A stretch of 64,000 nucleotides of DNA, taken from the IMG/VR virus record IMGVR_UViG_3300020159_002453, positions 1-64,000 of that record; one strand, written 5' to 3'. The notes beneath the pieces were generated by a model. That model made no database searches, was not told where the DNA came from, and saw only the letters and a list, made by a program, of their open reading frames with translations. The DNA comes from a virus. This document shows, in pieces, positions 10,164 to 20,240 of the stretch; positions within the stretch are counted from its first letter, which is position 1, and each line of letters starts with the position of its first letter. The position numbers and the translations under genes were made by a program.

Positions 10164-11082
10164 GGCAGCTAAAAAAGTTTATTTCTTGATCTATAACTAA
10201 AGCACTTCTATATAAGAATTCAGAGACTTGCAGTAATGCAAGTCTTTTTTTGTTATCGGGTAATCCGCTCTTGTATATAGCATTAAACAAGTCCCTCATT
10301 AGTTTTGGGTAGTCGTTACCAAAGGTCTGTTCGTTTTCTATTACTAGCTTACGTAGAGTCATAAGATCCTCTTTGTCCATTGTTTTATCCAGGATCTCCT
10401 GTGCAAAACTCTCGTTGTTAATAACATCTTTAAGGCAAAGCTTGTTCTCGATAACACTACGCTGAATGTAATTAATAATTCTCCGCAAATCCGGGTAGTG
10501 ATACCGAATAACTTCTTTAACGAGTTCTACTTGATCGGCTTCAACATTAACACTCTCTTGTTGTAGAATATAAACTATTCGCTTAGCATATTCCCTAATA
10601 GGAGGAGTAAAATCAGTGAAAACTTGACAACGAGATTGAATGGGCTGAATAATACGATGTAAATAGTTACCAGTGAGAATAAAACGGGTATTACCGGCAT
10701 ACTCTTCCATAACATTACGCAGCGCTCTCTGACCCGCGTCAGTAAAGTTGTCAAACTCGTCCAGAAAAATAACCTTAAGCTTTCCATCCAGGCTCTTAGT
10801 TTGTGCAAAAGTAAGAATCGAGGTACGAACTTCATCGATACCGTTCTTCTCGCTCGCGTTAATGTACAAGTATTGTGCATCTAAAATTTCATTTATAATA
10901 ACCTTAGCTAAGGTAGTCTTGCCTGTACCGGCATTACCTACCAATAGCATATTAGGTATTTCTTGCTTACGTTTACACTCTTCTACGAATGTACGTAGAG
11001 TTTCAGAAAGAACCATATCGGCCAGTTTAGTTGGCCGATATGCTTCAACCCAAATATTTTTAAGCTGATCGTTAATTGACAT
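10141..11082 (-). CDS. Sliding clamp loader large subunit, T4 gp44 / RFC-like
   Basis: WVEAYRP, Walker A GNAGTGKTT, INAS, LDEFD, SRC motif. Confidence 0.95.
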   Translation of the reverse strand: MSINDQLKNIWVEAYRPTKLADMVLSETLRTFVEECKRKQEIPNMLLVGNAGTGKTTLAKVIINEILDAQYLYINASEKNGIDEVRTSILTFAQTKSLDGKLKVIFLDEFDNFTDAGQRALRNVMEEYAGNTRFILTGNYLHRIIQPIQSRCQVFTDFTPPIREYAKRIVYILQQESVNVEADQVELVKEVIRYHYPDLRRIINYIQRSVIENKLCLKDVINNESFAQEILDKTMDKEDLMTLRKLVIENEQTFGNDYPKLMRDLFNAIYKSGLPDNKKRLALLQVSEFLYRSALVIDQEINFFSCLIALSQL

Positions 11083-11531
11083 TATTTTTTATCAGACGAG
11101 CCAAAACCTTTTTCACCACGAGCAGATTCAACTGCTTGGTCAGTCCATTCAATATCTGCTTGAATAAGCGGGTAAATAATAAGTTGTGCAATTTTATCGC
11201 CAGGTGCAAACGACTGGTCGACATCGCTAAAGTTATAAAGCTTAATACCCATGTCTCCACGGTAAGGGTTATCAATAATACCGAAGTGAGGGAAGATATG
11301 CTTCTTAAAGCCTACACCAGAGCGACCTTCAACCCGGATCCAATAGCCTGGTGTAATATAACCAAGTTTAAGGCCGACTGGAACCACACCGTACTTTCTA
11401 GCTGGAATAGTTACAGTTTCGACAGAAGTAAGATCAAGCCCGGAATCTCCTACATATGGATCGGCATGATTAAACTTAGGTAATACAGCAAGATCGTGGG
11501 TCTTAACAAATTTAATAGTTACTGGGAACAT
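11082..11531 (-). CDS. dut: Trimeric dUTPase
   Basis: SGLDL, GRSG, GIID..YRG, IAQL, RGEKGFGSS motifs. Confidence 0.95.
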   Translation of the reverse strand: MFPVTIKFVKTHDLAVLPKFNHADPYVGDSGLDLTSVETVTIPARKYGVVPVGLKLGYITPGYWIRVEGRSGVGFKKHIFPHFGIIDNPYRGDMGIKLYNFSDVDQSFAPGDKIAQLIIYPLIQADIEWTDQAVESARGEKGFGSSDKK

Positions 11532-11541
11532 AGTTGTTATA

Positions 11542-11697
11542 TTAACCTCTCAGCAAAGTTTGTCCACCGAAATTACCACTATTTTCGTTAACGCCAATAG
11601 CTTTGTTAGCTTGAAGCCAGGCAATAAGTTGTGCGACTTTATCAGCGGCAACAATAAAGGTGCCGTGTCCTTGTACAGTTACAATTACTTCTTTCAT
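11542..11697 (-). CDS. Small hypothetical protein (51 aa), below ORF-track cutoff
   Basis: Manual translation MKEVIVTVQGHGTFIVAADKVAQLIAWLQANKAIGVNENSGNFGGQTLLRG; fills the gap upstream of dut. Confidence 0.6.
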   Translation of the reverse strand: MKEVIVTVQGHGTFIVAADKVAQLIAWLQANKAIGVNENSGNFGGQTLLRG

Positions 11698-11755
11698 AGT
11701 GTTATTATAATATACCCCTTACTTGATAACTCTACTGTTTTTATAAGTATTTTAT

Positions 11756-12346
11756 GTGAACGTACCTCCAGTATCCGGCAGCACAACAAATAATGCTAAT
11801 ATTATTGACCAAATCGACAGTTTTATTGCCGGTTTAAATCCACCCGCAGGTACTACGGTAGCAACATCGGTAGTTACTAAGACATTAACTGGTACTCCCA
11901 CTCCTTCAGCAGCTCCTACAGTTCCACCCAAAACTAACGAGGAAATGGAAGCATTTGTATTAAAGCATTCAGCTGATCTAGTAGAAAACAGTGTTAAGAG
12001 TATAATGGAGCTTCAGAAATTAACTGTAGCTACCGGGGACCCTGATATGATGGCCGGATTAGCAAGTTTAATAGCAGCAAGTACCGGGGCAATCGAAACA
12101 GTTAATAAACTGCACATGCTTAACAAAAAAGCTGAGATTAATAAAGAGATTAAAAAGATTGAACTCGAAGGTAAAAAGGAATTACAGCAGCTTAAAAACG
12201 AAGGTAATTCAATGCTACCGGGTAGTCAAACTAATATACTCATTGCTACTAGAGAAGAAATTATTGCCGAGTTAACTGGTAAAGCTAAGACTAAAGCAGT
12301 CACAACAACATCTTCTACTGACGTTATTGAATTGTCGGCTGTTTAA
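11756..12346 (+). CDS. Probable small terminase subunit, T4 gp16-like
   Basis: Helical core (IMELQKLTVATGDPDMMAGLASLI...VNKLH) and C-terminal QTNILIATREEII resemble the gp16 pattern; TAAGTA at 11744-11749. Confidence 0.5.
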   Translation: MNVPPVSGSTTNNANIIDQIDSFIAGLNPPAGTTVATSVVTKTLTGTPTPSAAPTVPPKTNEEMEAFVLKHSADLVENSVKSIMELQKLTVATGDPDMMAGLASLIAASTGAIETVNKLHMLNKKAEINKEIKKIELEGKKELQQLKNEGNSMLPGSQTNILIATREEIIAELTGKAKTKAVTTTSSTDVIELSAV

Positions 12347-13268
12347 CACACGCTTTTTTGATAGTGTTAGCGTAATTAGACCATATAACTATGGCAAACA
12401 TTACTCCCATTACAGTCATTATAGCCCACATCGGGACCATTGCTGCTGTATAAGCTAAAGCAAATGCAGAAATAGATACTATACCCATAGTAATACTTTT
12501 TAATAAACCGGCTAGTATTAAAAACACTACCCCTACAGCTACTAATGCTTTAATAATGTAGCCAAGCATTTCAGCTTTTTGAGCTTCCCGCGCTATTGTT
12601 ACTCTATCATCGGCGGCTTTTCTAATAGCTTCTAGCTCGATAGCTTTATCTGCTTCTAGCTTTTCAATATTTTGTTTATTAGCTGTTCTTATAGCGTCTT
12701 TTTCTTTTTCTTTTAATAAAATTAAAGACTCAGCAGCATCTAATGCGGCTTTTTGTTTGATTGCAAGATCGATATTAGCTTTATATTTTATATAGAGTTC
12801 ATCGATAGTTTTAGTTTTTTCTTGATCGAGTTCTTCTCTAATTTTTTCTTTTTCTACTTCAGTTAATACATCAGCACGCATCATTATTTCTTTTGAGCGT
12901 AAATGAGCAATCGTAGTATTAATATCTATTTTTTTCTTTTCTTGAGTTATTTGATATACCCCGTAGTTGAGTAGGCTAATTATATGAAAATTTTCATTAT
13001 CTTTTTTGGTTCTATCGTCGTATGCTTTTTGAAGATCTTCTCTAAACTTAGCATATTCGAGCTCCATTTTTTTACGAGCCTCTTCAACCTTTTTGTCTGC
13101 CTCAGTGGCCTTATTAATAGCTTCTTTTTGATTGGCTGCGTTAACGGTTTCAGCTGCAGCTCTACCAGTACTAGTTAGTCCCTTCCACTGATCGGGCATC
13201 TTAAGGTTAGGGTACAAGGCACACCCGGCTAATAAAAAAACTGTAAGTAATATGGCTAGATAGCGCAT
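12324..13268 (-). CDS. Lipoprotein with long coiled coil and C-terminal transmembrane helices (unimolecular spanin-like architecture)
   Basis: Signal MRYLAILLTVFLLAG|C lipobox, ~200 aa K/E-rich helical region, 2-3 hydrophobic C-terminal segments; late promoter at 13274-13279. Confidence 0.55.
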   Translation of the reverse strand: MRYLAILLTVFLLAGCALYPNLKMPDQWKGLTSTGRAAAETVNAANQKEAINKATEADKKVEEARKKMELEYAKFREDLQKAYDDRTKKDNENFHIISLLNYGVYQITQEKKKIDINTTIAHLRSKEIMMRADVLTEVEKEKIREELDQEKTKTIDELYIKYKANIDLAIKQKAALDAAESLILLKEKEKDAIRTANKQNIEKLEADKAIELEAIRKAADDRVTIAREAQKAEMLGYIIKALVAVGVVFLILAGLLKSITMGIVSISAFALAYTAAMVPMWAIMTVMGVMFAIVIWSNYANTIKKACVKQPTIQ

Positions 13269-13293
13269 ACTATTACTTACAGTTTATTATGTG

Positions 13294-14349
13294 TTATAGC
13301 TTAAAATCTCCAAAAGCATTCTCGTCCAATACGTTATCTACCCCTTTAACGTAAGACGAAATTTCAGTTTCTTGAGGTGCGACTTGTACTTTTTTACTAT
13401 CGTAAAAGCTATCTAGCCAGCCACCAAGCGGGTTAGACTTAGTATCGTATAGTTTTTTAAGCCCTAACGAGTTAAGACGGTTATTAGCAAGGTACTCTAC
13501 GTATTGCTTAAGAGAGTCTGGGGTAAGTCCCACTAGACTGCCTTTACTAAAGAGATAGTCTACCCACTCTTTTTCAGCATCTACTGCAGCTCGGTAGAAT
13601 TCATAGATCTTTTCTTCACTCTTCTTATAGGTTGACTGAAAGCCTTCATCAGGGTTATCTCTAAGGTATTTGATGACGTTTTGAGTAATAGCTACGTGAA
13701 GGTTTTCATCTCGAGAGATTAAGTTAATAATCTTAGCATTTCCTTCCATTTTACCTCTATAGCCGAAATAAAACGAGCAAGCAAACGATACATAAAAGGT
13801 AAGCCCCTCCATGATTTGAGTAGCAATAAGCGCCTCTAAGATTTGTTCTTTAGGGTCTTTGGTATTACTCATTAAAGCATCGTATTTGCTAGTTAAAAAA
13901 TTAGCACGCTTTACAATCTCTTCATCTTCAAGGATAGAATCAAAGAACTTAGTTGCATCTGGGTAAACGTTCTGAAGAATGTAGGTATATGAGTTACTAT
14001 GAATAGTCTCAAAAAACGACCACACATTCATACAGATCTCAAGTTCAGGATTACTAACATGATGCATCATTTGATGAATCGAGCGGGAAAGCATTGAGTC
14101 GCCCATTGTCTGAAACTTAAGATTGCTATCAAATACAAAACGCTCTTCGTCAGACAGTTTCTTATAGTCAGAAGCGTCTTTGGTAAGGTTAACTTCTTGA
14201 GGGCGCCAGAAAAAGTTAAGCTGTTGATCGTAAAGATCGTAAAGCTTAGGATACTTTAAACGGTCATAGCGTTGTATAGCTAGATCTTTACCGAGGAAGA
14301 GCGGCTGCTTAGTCGAGTCGACGTTAATTTTATTAAGAACTGTTTTCAT
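13294..14349 (-). CDS. nrdB: Class Ia ribonucleotide reductase beta subunit
   Basis: FFWRPQEV, ETIHSNSY, EGLTFYVSF, RDENLH, VAPQETEISSY. Confidence 0.97.
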   Translation of the reverse strand: MKTVLNKINVDSTKQPLFLGKDLAIQRYDRLKYPKLYDLYDQQLNFFWRPQEVNLTKDASDYKKLSDEERFVFDSNLKFQTMGDSMLSRSIHQMMHHVSNPELEICMNVWSFFETIHSNSYTYILQNVYPDATKFFDSILEDEEIVKRANFLTSKYDALMSNTKDPKEQILEALIATQIMEGLTFYVSFACSFYFGYRGKMEGNAKIINLISRDENLHVAITQNVIKYLRDNPDEGFQSTYKKSEEKIYEFYRAAVDAEKEWVDYLFSKGSLVGLTPDSLKQYVEYLANNRLNSLGLKKLYDTKSNPLGGWLDSFYDSKKVQVAPQETEISSYVKGVDNVLDENAFGDFKL

Positions 14350-14352
14350 TTA

Positions 14353-16719
14353 TTATAAAGTACATGCACCGCCCGCACAACCGGAATCATCCATTGGGGT
14401 TTCTTTTTCTTGTGAATCCACTAAATCTGCCTTAGCAATATAATTACCAGGTAATTTAGTTGCTTGCATAGCGGTCGATTTGTTATTGTTTAGAGCGGTC
14501 TGTGTGTCTCCGTCGTAGGTGTTGGTATAGTATAAAGTCTTGAGACCGTATTTGTAAGCGGTAAGTATATCCATAATGAGGTCATTTTGCGACACTTTTC
14601 TGTTTGGATACTTGTTTACGTTGTAATAAAGGTTAGCTGAAATACTCATATCAACGAATTTCTGTAATGCAGCGACTACCTTAAGGTAGCCTTCATTACT
14701 TGGCATTTCAAAAGCTAGTGTGTAGTTTTCTCCGTATTTTTCAACCCCGGGTACGACTGAAGGTACAATACCAGCTTTAGAACGCTTAGAAGTAATAAGC
14801 GAACGAGGCGGCTCAATACCGTTAGTGGAGGATTGAATAACAGCAGAAGATTCACAAGGCATTAGAGCAGTTAGAGTACTATTACGAATACCAGTCTTTG
14901 TAATCTTCTCTCTTAGTGCTTCCCAGTCTTGATGCAACTTCTCGGTAACAAACTCGTCGATCTCTTTCTTGTAGGTATCGATAGGTAGAACCCCTTTACT
15001 AAACTTAGTAAGAGAGTACTTGTCACAAGGGCCCTTTTCTTGTGCAAGATCTGCTGAAGCACTTAGCAAGTAATAACTAACTGACTCCATTAGACGAGCT
15101 GCAAGATTAGGTGCTTTCTTGTCCCAGTATTTTACTCCTTCTCGTGCAAATACTGCTGCAAGATTAGTAATACCGATACCGAGACTGCGACGCTTCTTAG
15201 CAAAGTTAGCAGCGGCAGGGGCAAAGTAATTTTGATGATCAATAAGTTCATCAAGCATACGAACGATTACGTCGCATGTTTGTTCCATGTCGTTATTGTC
15301 TTTAATCTCGAGTAAGTTAACTGCTGCAAGAATACAAACACCAATTTCTCCGTTTGCGTCTTCGATATTATAAATGGGCTTGAGGGGGTGCGTCACTTCT
15401 ACACACAAGTTAGTAGTATCTACTTGCTCAAGCCAGGTACCATGACTGTTAACATGGTCGGCGTTAAACACATACATACGACCGGTTTCAAAACGCTCTT
15501 TAGAGAAGAGCATAAACAAATCTCTAGCGCTAATAGTCTTCTTAGTCTTAATGTTAAGATTCTTCTCGGCTTTCTCATATAGTTCTTTAAAGCCGGGCAT
15601 ACCGAAAGCGTTCCATAGTTCAGGTACTTCGTGATACGAGAATAAAGTTACGTTTTGATTCTTTAAAAAACGCTCATAAAACAAACCATCGAACGCAATA
15701 CAATAATCTAGTTTACGTACCCGGTTATCGTCAGTACCTGCATTGTTCTTAAGAACTAAAATGTCTTCGATGTCTTTATGAAAAAAAGCTACGTTAGCTG
15801 TAGCACTACCCCCACGAATACCGTTTTGATGGCAGCTCTTTACGGCTGATTCGAACATTTTGAGATACGGAACCGGGCCGGTATGCACGACAGTACCGTT
15901 TTGTACAGGGCTGTTAACAGCCCGTATACGAGAAAAATTAATGCCAATACCATAACGATTGGCAGTAGCAAAACCAATAGCATCATTACTCGCAAAAATC
16001 GATCTGAGTGTGTCATCTACAGTGATGAGCATGCACGAAGCATAACTCTTAAGTGTTGTACGCACCCCGGCCATAAGCGGTGTCGGTAGATTAATCTTAT
16101 GTTTGCTAAATGCATTGTAAGCTTTTTTAATATAATCTAAACGACGCTCTTTGTAATTTTTAAAGAGGGTCATCGCAATAAGCATGTATGCAAATTGCGG
16201 GGTCTCGAATATAGTCTTACTTACACGGTCTTGTACTAAATACTTCTCACAAAGTTGCTTAATACCGGCATAAGCAAAGTCAAAGTCTCTATTATGATCA
16301 ATAAAGTCGTTTAGCTTATCAAACTCTTTCTTGTCATACCAGTTTAGGATATCTGAATCATAAACTTTATTGTCTTCAATATTAACCTTTACAAAATCAT
16401 AAAGCCTGGGTGCCCCTTTGCCGCCCCACACCTCTTTACGCAATTGGTAGTTAAGTAAACGAGATGCAACTTCTTGATATTGAGGGGTTTGTTCAGAAAT
16501 CAAACCAGCAGCAGCTTCAATAAGCGTGTTGTGAATATCTTTAGAGGTAATCCCGTCAAAGAATTGAAGGTGAGCATTCATAGCGACTTGCTCAAAGGAA
16601 ATACCTTTGATGTCGGTACAGGCCCATTGAAGTATTTTGTTAATTTTATCAGCAGAGAATTTCTCTCTCTTACCTGAGCGTTTAACAATAGTAATTTCTT
16701 TCGACATAGGAGACGTCAT
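14353..16719 (-). CDS. nrdA: Class Ia ribonucleotide reductase alpha subunit with ATP cone
   Basis: IVKRSG ATP cone, PTP, TNLCVE, STNGIEP, LKTLYY, C-terminal GCAGGACTL. Confidence 0.97.
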   Translation of the reverse strand: MTSPMSKEITIVKRSGKREKFSADKINKILQWACTDIKGISFEQVAMNAHLQFFDGITSKDIHNTLIEAAAGLISEQTPQYQEVASRLLNYQLRKEVWGGKGAPRLYDFVKVNIEDNKVYDSDILNWYDKKEFDKLNDFIDHNRDFDFAYAGIKQLCEKYLVQDRVSKTIFETPQFAYMLIAMTLFKNYKERRLDYIKKAYNAFSKHKINLPTPLMAGVRTTLKSYASCMLITVDDTLRSIFASNDAIGFATANRYGIGINFSRIRAVNSPVQNGTVVHTGPVPYLKMFESAVKSCHQNGIRGGSATANVAFFHKDIEDILVLKNNAGTDDNRVRKLDYCIAFDGLFYERFLKNQNVTLFSYHEVPELWNAFGMPGFKELYEKAEKNLNIKTKKTISARDLFMLFSKERFETGRMYVFNADHVNSHGTWLEQVDTTNLCVEVTHPLKPIYNIEDANGEIGVCILAAVNLLEIKDNNDMEQTCDVIVRMLDELIDHQNYFAPAAANFAKKRRSLGIGITNLAAVFAREGVKYWDKKAPNLAARLMESVSYYLLSASADLAQEKGPCDKYSLTKFSKGVLPIDTYKKEIDEFVTEKLHQDWEALREKITKTGIRNSTLTALMPCESSAVIQSSTNGIEPPRSLITSKRSKAGIVPSVVPGVEKYGENYTLAFEMPSNEGYLKVVAALQKFVDMSISANLYYNVNKYPNRKVSQNDLIMDILTAYKYGLKTLYYTNTYDGDTQTALNNNKSTAMQATKLPGNYIAKADLVDSQEKETPMDDSGCAGGACTL

Positions 16720-16775
16720 GATAGTGGGGTTCTGAAAAAGTTCTAGCTCTTTCAGAGGAATATTATTTACTCAGC

Positions 16776-17534
16776 TTATACTTTTTTGTTGTACAACTCG
16801 AGCTTCTTAACTATGTATCTAACTATTTCACTTCGAACAATGTCTTCTTCGGTCAAATAAAATACATGAATTCCCTTGTTGGTGCTCTCTTCGTCGTTAA
16901 AAACGTTACACATTTTTTCAAAACCAGATTTGCCATTAATATCTGATTGCATTGGGTCCCCGCATATAAACAGTTTGCTAAAATGACCAACACGAGTGAG
17001 TAAGGTAGTGAGCTCTTTAAAGGTACTGTTTTGAGCTTCATCCATAATAATACCCTTAGCATTCCAACTTAAACCACGAAGATAACCAGTTGGCTTAGCG
17101 GCAATACGCTTCTCTTTTTGAAGTGTGTTTATATCGGATGTATCCAGCATTTCTTCAAGCTTTTCTAGTAATGGCTCAAGATATGGAGACAGTTTTTCGT
17201 TCGCGTCTCCTGGAAGAAATCCCATTTTGTTATCACTACTTTCAACAATACTTCGAATATATATTAAATCACTTACTTTTTTAAGATTCATTAGCTCAAG
17301 TACAGCTAAAACCGAGAGAAAGCTCTTACTACTGCCTGATGGACCGGATAAAAATACTACCTTAGTATTGTTATCTAAAGCAAGTTTTAAAAACTCTTTT
17401 TGCTTGTTTGTTAAATCCGGTCTTTGTCGAATAATTATTTGTCGAGTCAATTTCTCATTTTGGTGCACTATAAGACTTTTGTCTTTAGCAGGCAAATGGC
17501 TGTTCTGTTTAGAGGCCTTCTTTTTTTTGCTCAT
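16776..17534 (-). CDS. phoH: PhoH-family ATPase
   Basis: GPSGSSKS, MGFLPG, YLRG, MDEAQN, GDPMQSD, DIVRS. Confidence 0.93.
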   Translation of the reverse strand: MSKKKKASKQNSHLPAKDKSLIVHQNEKLTRQIIIRQRPDLTNKQKEFLKLALDNNTKVVFLSGPSGSSKSFLSVLAVLELMNLKKVSDLIYIRSIVESSDNKMGFLPGDANEKLSPYLEPLLEKLEEMLDTSDINTLQKEKRIAAKPTGYLRGLSWNAKGIIMDEAQNSTFKELTTLLTRVGHFSKLFICGDPMQSDINGKSGFEKMCNVFNDEESTNKGIHVFYLTEEDIVRSEIVRYIVKKLELYNKKV

Positions 17535-17570
17535 CTGCTTAATACTTATACAAAAGACTAAATATTATAT

Positions 17571-17876
17571 ATGCTATTCGAAAATTTTAATACAAGAGTG
17601 AACGAGCTCTTAAAAGAATTTACCGAAACTTTTCCTGTAGAAGAGCAAAGCGGACGCTGCACTAAAGTTACCGGTCAAATGTCTTCTACCCGTAAAGATA
17701 AAAAGTATATGCGCTGTACCCGAGTGAACGGTAAATTAAAACGGGTACACTACGGCGATCCTAACTTACGCATTAAGAAATCTAACCCATCTAAACGTAA
17801 GTCATTTAGAGCGCGCCATAAATGCTCTACTGCAAAGCCAGGCACCGCTAAATATTTTAGCTGTAAGAACTGGTAA
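17571..17876 (+). CDS. Basic hypothetical protein of T4-like phages, probable internal head protein
   Basis: VHYGDPNLRIKKSNPSKRKSFRARHKC...KYFSCKNW domain; N-terminal F...LLKE; TAAATA at 17559-17564. Confidence 0.65.
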   Translation: MLFENFNTRVNELLKEFTETFPVEEQSGRCTKVTGQMSSTRKDKKYMRCTRVNGKLKRVHYGDPNLRIKKSNPSKRKSFRARHKCSTAKPGTAKYFSCKNW

Positions 17877-18560
17877 TTACTGCTTAAAGTAACGGTCATG
17901 TATTATCATATGACCTCTTTGAGCTAAATTGAGACCTACTTCTCCAAAAGAGCCTTGGCCTTTATGATAGGCCGGAAATGTAGTTATGTATCTATTGTTT
18001 TCTTTATCTCTGATCCGTTCTCCGACTGCTTGTAATTTGTAACCGGCGTTAACAGTCTTAAAACAAAAGTCTATATCTTCTCCATAACCTGGACTAAAGA
18101 TTTCATCTAGATAGTTAAATTTCTCTAATATACTCTTTTGTAGACCCACACAAAAGAATGGGAAATATAGTTTACCACCTGCATACATGTCAGCAGCGCA
18201 GGTAACTGACACTTGAGAGTCTTCTCTCAATGGGCTAATAAGCTGGTTTACCCATTCATGCCTTGGGGCATAAGTTAAAAACGTCACATCGGTGTTTAAC
18301 AGTACAATATACGGGGTAGAAGCATGCTTTAATCCTATATTAGCTGCTTTAGTAAAACCAAGTGCATCTTTATACCAAATAAAGTTTATATTCTTATGAT
18401 CTAAACTTAAGAGATATTCAGCACTCTCTTTATCACTACCATTGCACACCACCAACACGTTTATAGAATCCATATGAGTTGTATCAATAATAGATTGTAT
18501 ACACTCTTTTAATAAGCTTACAGGCTTGTAAGCCGGTATTACTATAGTAACGTCATTCAT
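17877..18560 (-). CDS. Glycosyltransferase family 2 (ORF open to 18647; likely start 18560)
   Basis: TIVIPAY, GFTKAANIG, LLNTD, GYGEDIDFC. Confidence 0.88.
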   Translation of the reverse strand: MNDVTIVIPAYKPVSLLKECIQSIIDTTHMDSINVLVVCNGSDKESAEYLLSLDHKNINFIWYKDALGFTKAANIGLKHASTPYIVLLNTDVTFLTYAPRHEWVNQLISPLREDSQVSVTCAADMYAGGKLYFPFFCVGLQKSILEKFNYLDEIFSPGYGEDIDFCFKTVNAGYKLQAVGERIRDKENNRYITTFPAYHKGQGSFGEVGLNLAQRGHMIIHDRYFKQ

Positions 18561-18628
18561 GTAGTTAATTACAATAGGGTTACAAATATACAATAAGAGT
18601 AAAGATAAAGCCTGTTTTATACTTGTTC

Positions 18629-20125
18629 TTAGTATTCTGCGGTCCAATCAAATAGCATGTGACCGGAGTCGAATACTCTGTAGTGCTTATTATTGTACAT
18701 ATTCTGTACTTCAGTTAATTTAGAGTCAAAATGTTTTAATTTTTTATTTAAAACGGATTTACGAAAGTTAAACCGATGATGTCTTTCTTTATAGCTTGGA
18801 CCTAAACAGTACCAATAATTAGGCACGGTGTTTTTTACAAATTTAAAGCCTATTTTTTTGTATACATCCCCTTGGGACCACCTTAAATCGCAGTAACTGT
18901 ATACCCGAGTTGGTTTTTGCAATTCAATAAAACCTTTAAATAATTTACCGGCCGCCCCTAAAATATAAAAACTATTAATTGAAGCAAATCTACTAAGCTC
19001 CCAACCGGCATCCATATTAACATAACCTAAAACTCGGCGCGGTCTAGCAAAAGTCATAACCGATACAAGTCTATTCTTCCAAAATAAGCCTAGATTAATC
19101 TGAGATTTATCCGCGCCCTGTATATGATATTTATTAAGAAATTTATTCTTAATAACGTTATCTATTTTTTTAACCACACACACTCGCGCGCCAATTTTAT
19201 ATTTAACTTTTTGCAAGATATTTCTTAAACGAAAGAAAACAATATCCAGAGATTTATCGATTTCATCAGTAAAAATTTGCAGTAGTCTTATTTCTTGTTT
19301 GTTACAATCCTCGAGTTTATTGTATATATTTTGTGCTTCACTATGCCAATATAAACCATTAATTTCAATACCTATTTTTTGTTCCGGTAAATAAATATCT
19401 AATTCTTTTTTATTATTTAGTACAGCTCTCGTATTTTTTTCATAAGGCGTATTGAGTCTACATAAGCAGTCTCTTATTATTTTTTCATAATTTGATGTCT
19501 TTGTATGACAATCCCAACACAGAGACTGAAAACGAAGCCTAGTGGTTTCGTCCTTGTTATTGTATCTAGGGGAAATCGAAACGTGATTAATCTTACAGTT
19601 ATCACACTTAGGTACTGCTTTTAAATCTCTTTTAATTATATGTATTTTTTCTTCCCCTGTTAATTGCTCAGAATTAATTTCAGTGTTACTATTAATGTAT
19701 AGACTTAATCTTGCGTTCCATTTTTCACTTTTTGTAATATTTTTACATGTTGGGCGAGCTTTAATTTCTTGTACTACATCAAAATCCGATAACGATAATA
19801 TATCTATTTTTTCTGGCCAATTGCCAGTTATTTGACTACTGCCTTGACATTTTTTTGAGCAAAACTTCTGTAATCTATTTGCCCCTTTAGCCAAATTTAC
19901 TATCTGTTTATTACATACTATACATTGTGGTATATTTTTAATATCATTACGAATATAATACAAATACGTCTGTATAGTTGTTTCTTCATTAAATAAATTG
20001 TTATTTTTTGTATATTGTAATATCTTTTTAGAGAAAAAAGAATCCTTCTTTAGACCACGAAAATGGTCAACTGATTTAATATATTCTTTAAATTCGCTAT
20101 CGGACATAGTCTCTACTGGTTTCAT
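18629..20125 (-). CDS. Hef-like free-standing endonuclease with Zn-finger repeats and GNAT-like C-terminal domain
   Basis: ELDIYLP..IGIEINGLYWHS nuclease motif; CxxC pairs; C-terminal FLNKYHIQG...WELSRF...SYCDLRWS. Confidence 0.7.
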   Translation of the reverse strand: MKPVETMSDSEFKEYIKSVDHFRGLKKDSFFSKKILQYTKNNNLFNEETTIQTYLYYIRNDIKNIPQCIVCNKQIVNLAKGANRLQKFCSKKCQGSSQITGNWPEKIDILSLSDFDVVQEIKARPTCKNITKSEKWNARLSLYINSNTEINSEQLTGEEKIHIIKRDLKAVPKCDNCKINHVSISPRYNNKDETTRLRFQSLCWDCHTKTSNYEKIIRDCLCRLNTPYEKNTRAVLNNKKELDIYLPEQKIGIEINGLYWHSEAQNIYNKLEDCNKQEIRLLQIFTDEIDKSLDIVFFRLRNILQKVKYKIGARVCVVKKIDNVIKNKFLNKYHIQGADKSQINLGLFWKNRLVSVMTFARPRRVLGYVNMDAGWELSRFASINSFYILGAAGKLFKGFIELQKPTRVYSYCDLRWSQGDVYKKIGFKFVKNTVPNYWYCLGPSYKERHHRFNFRKSVLNKKLKHFDSKLTEVQNMYNNKHYRVFDSGHMLFDWTAEY

Positions 20126-20174
20126 ATAATATAATTATACCATATCTAGTCAATATCAATATTAGTACAATAAG

Positions 20175-20200
20175 AAACCTCACTATTTCTAGTGAGGTTT
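20175..20200 (-). terminator. Intrinsic terminator after major capsid gene
   Basis: aaacctcacta / tagtgaggttt 11-bp stem followed by T-rich sequence on the minus strand. Confidence 0.75.
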
Positions 20201-20240
20201 GTAAAAATAATAACGTTAATTAACGTTAATATTGAATTAA

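Noticed and set aside
13294-16719. Introns or inteins in nrdA/nrdB (and in gp43)
   Set aside because: Proteins are continuous and of normal length with no intein motifs seen.
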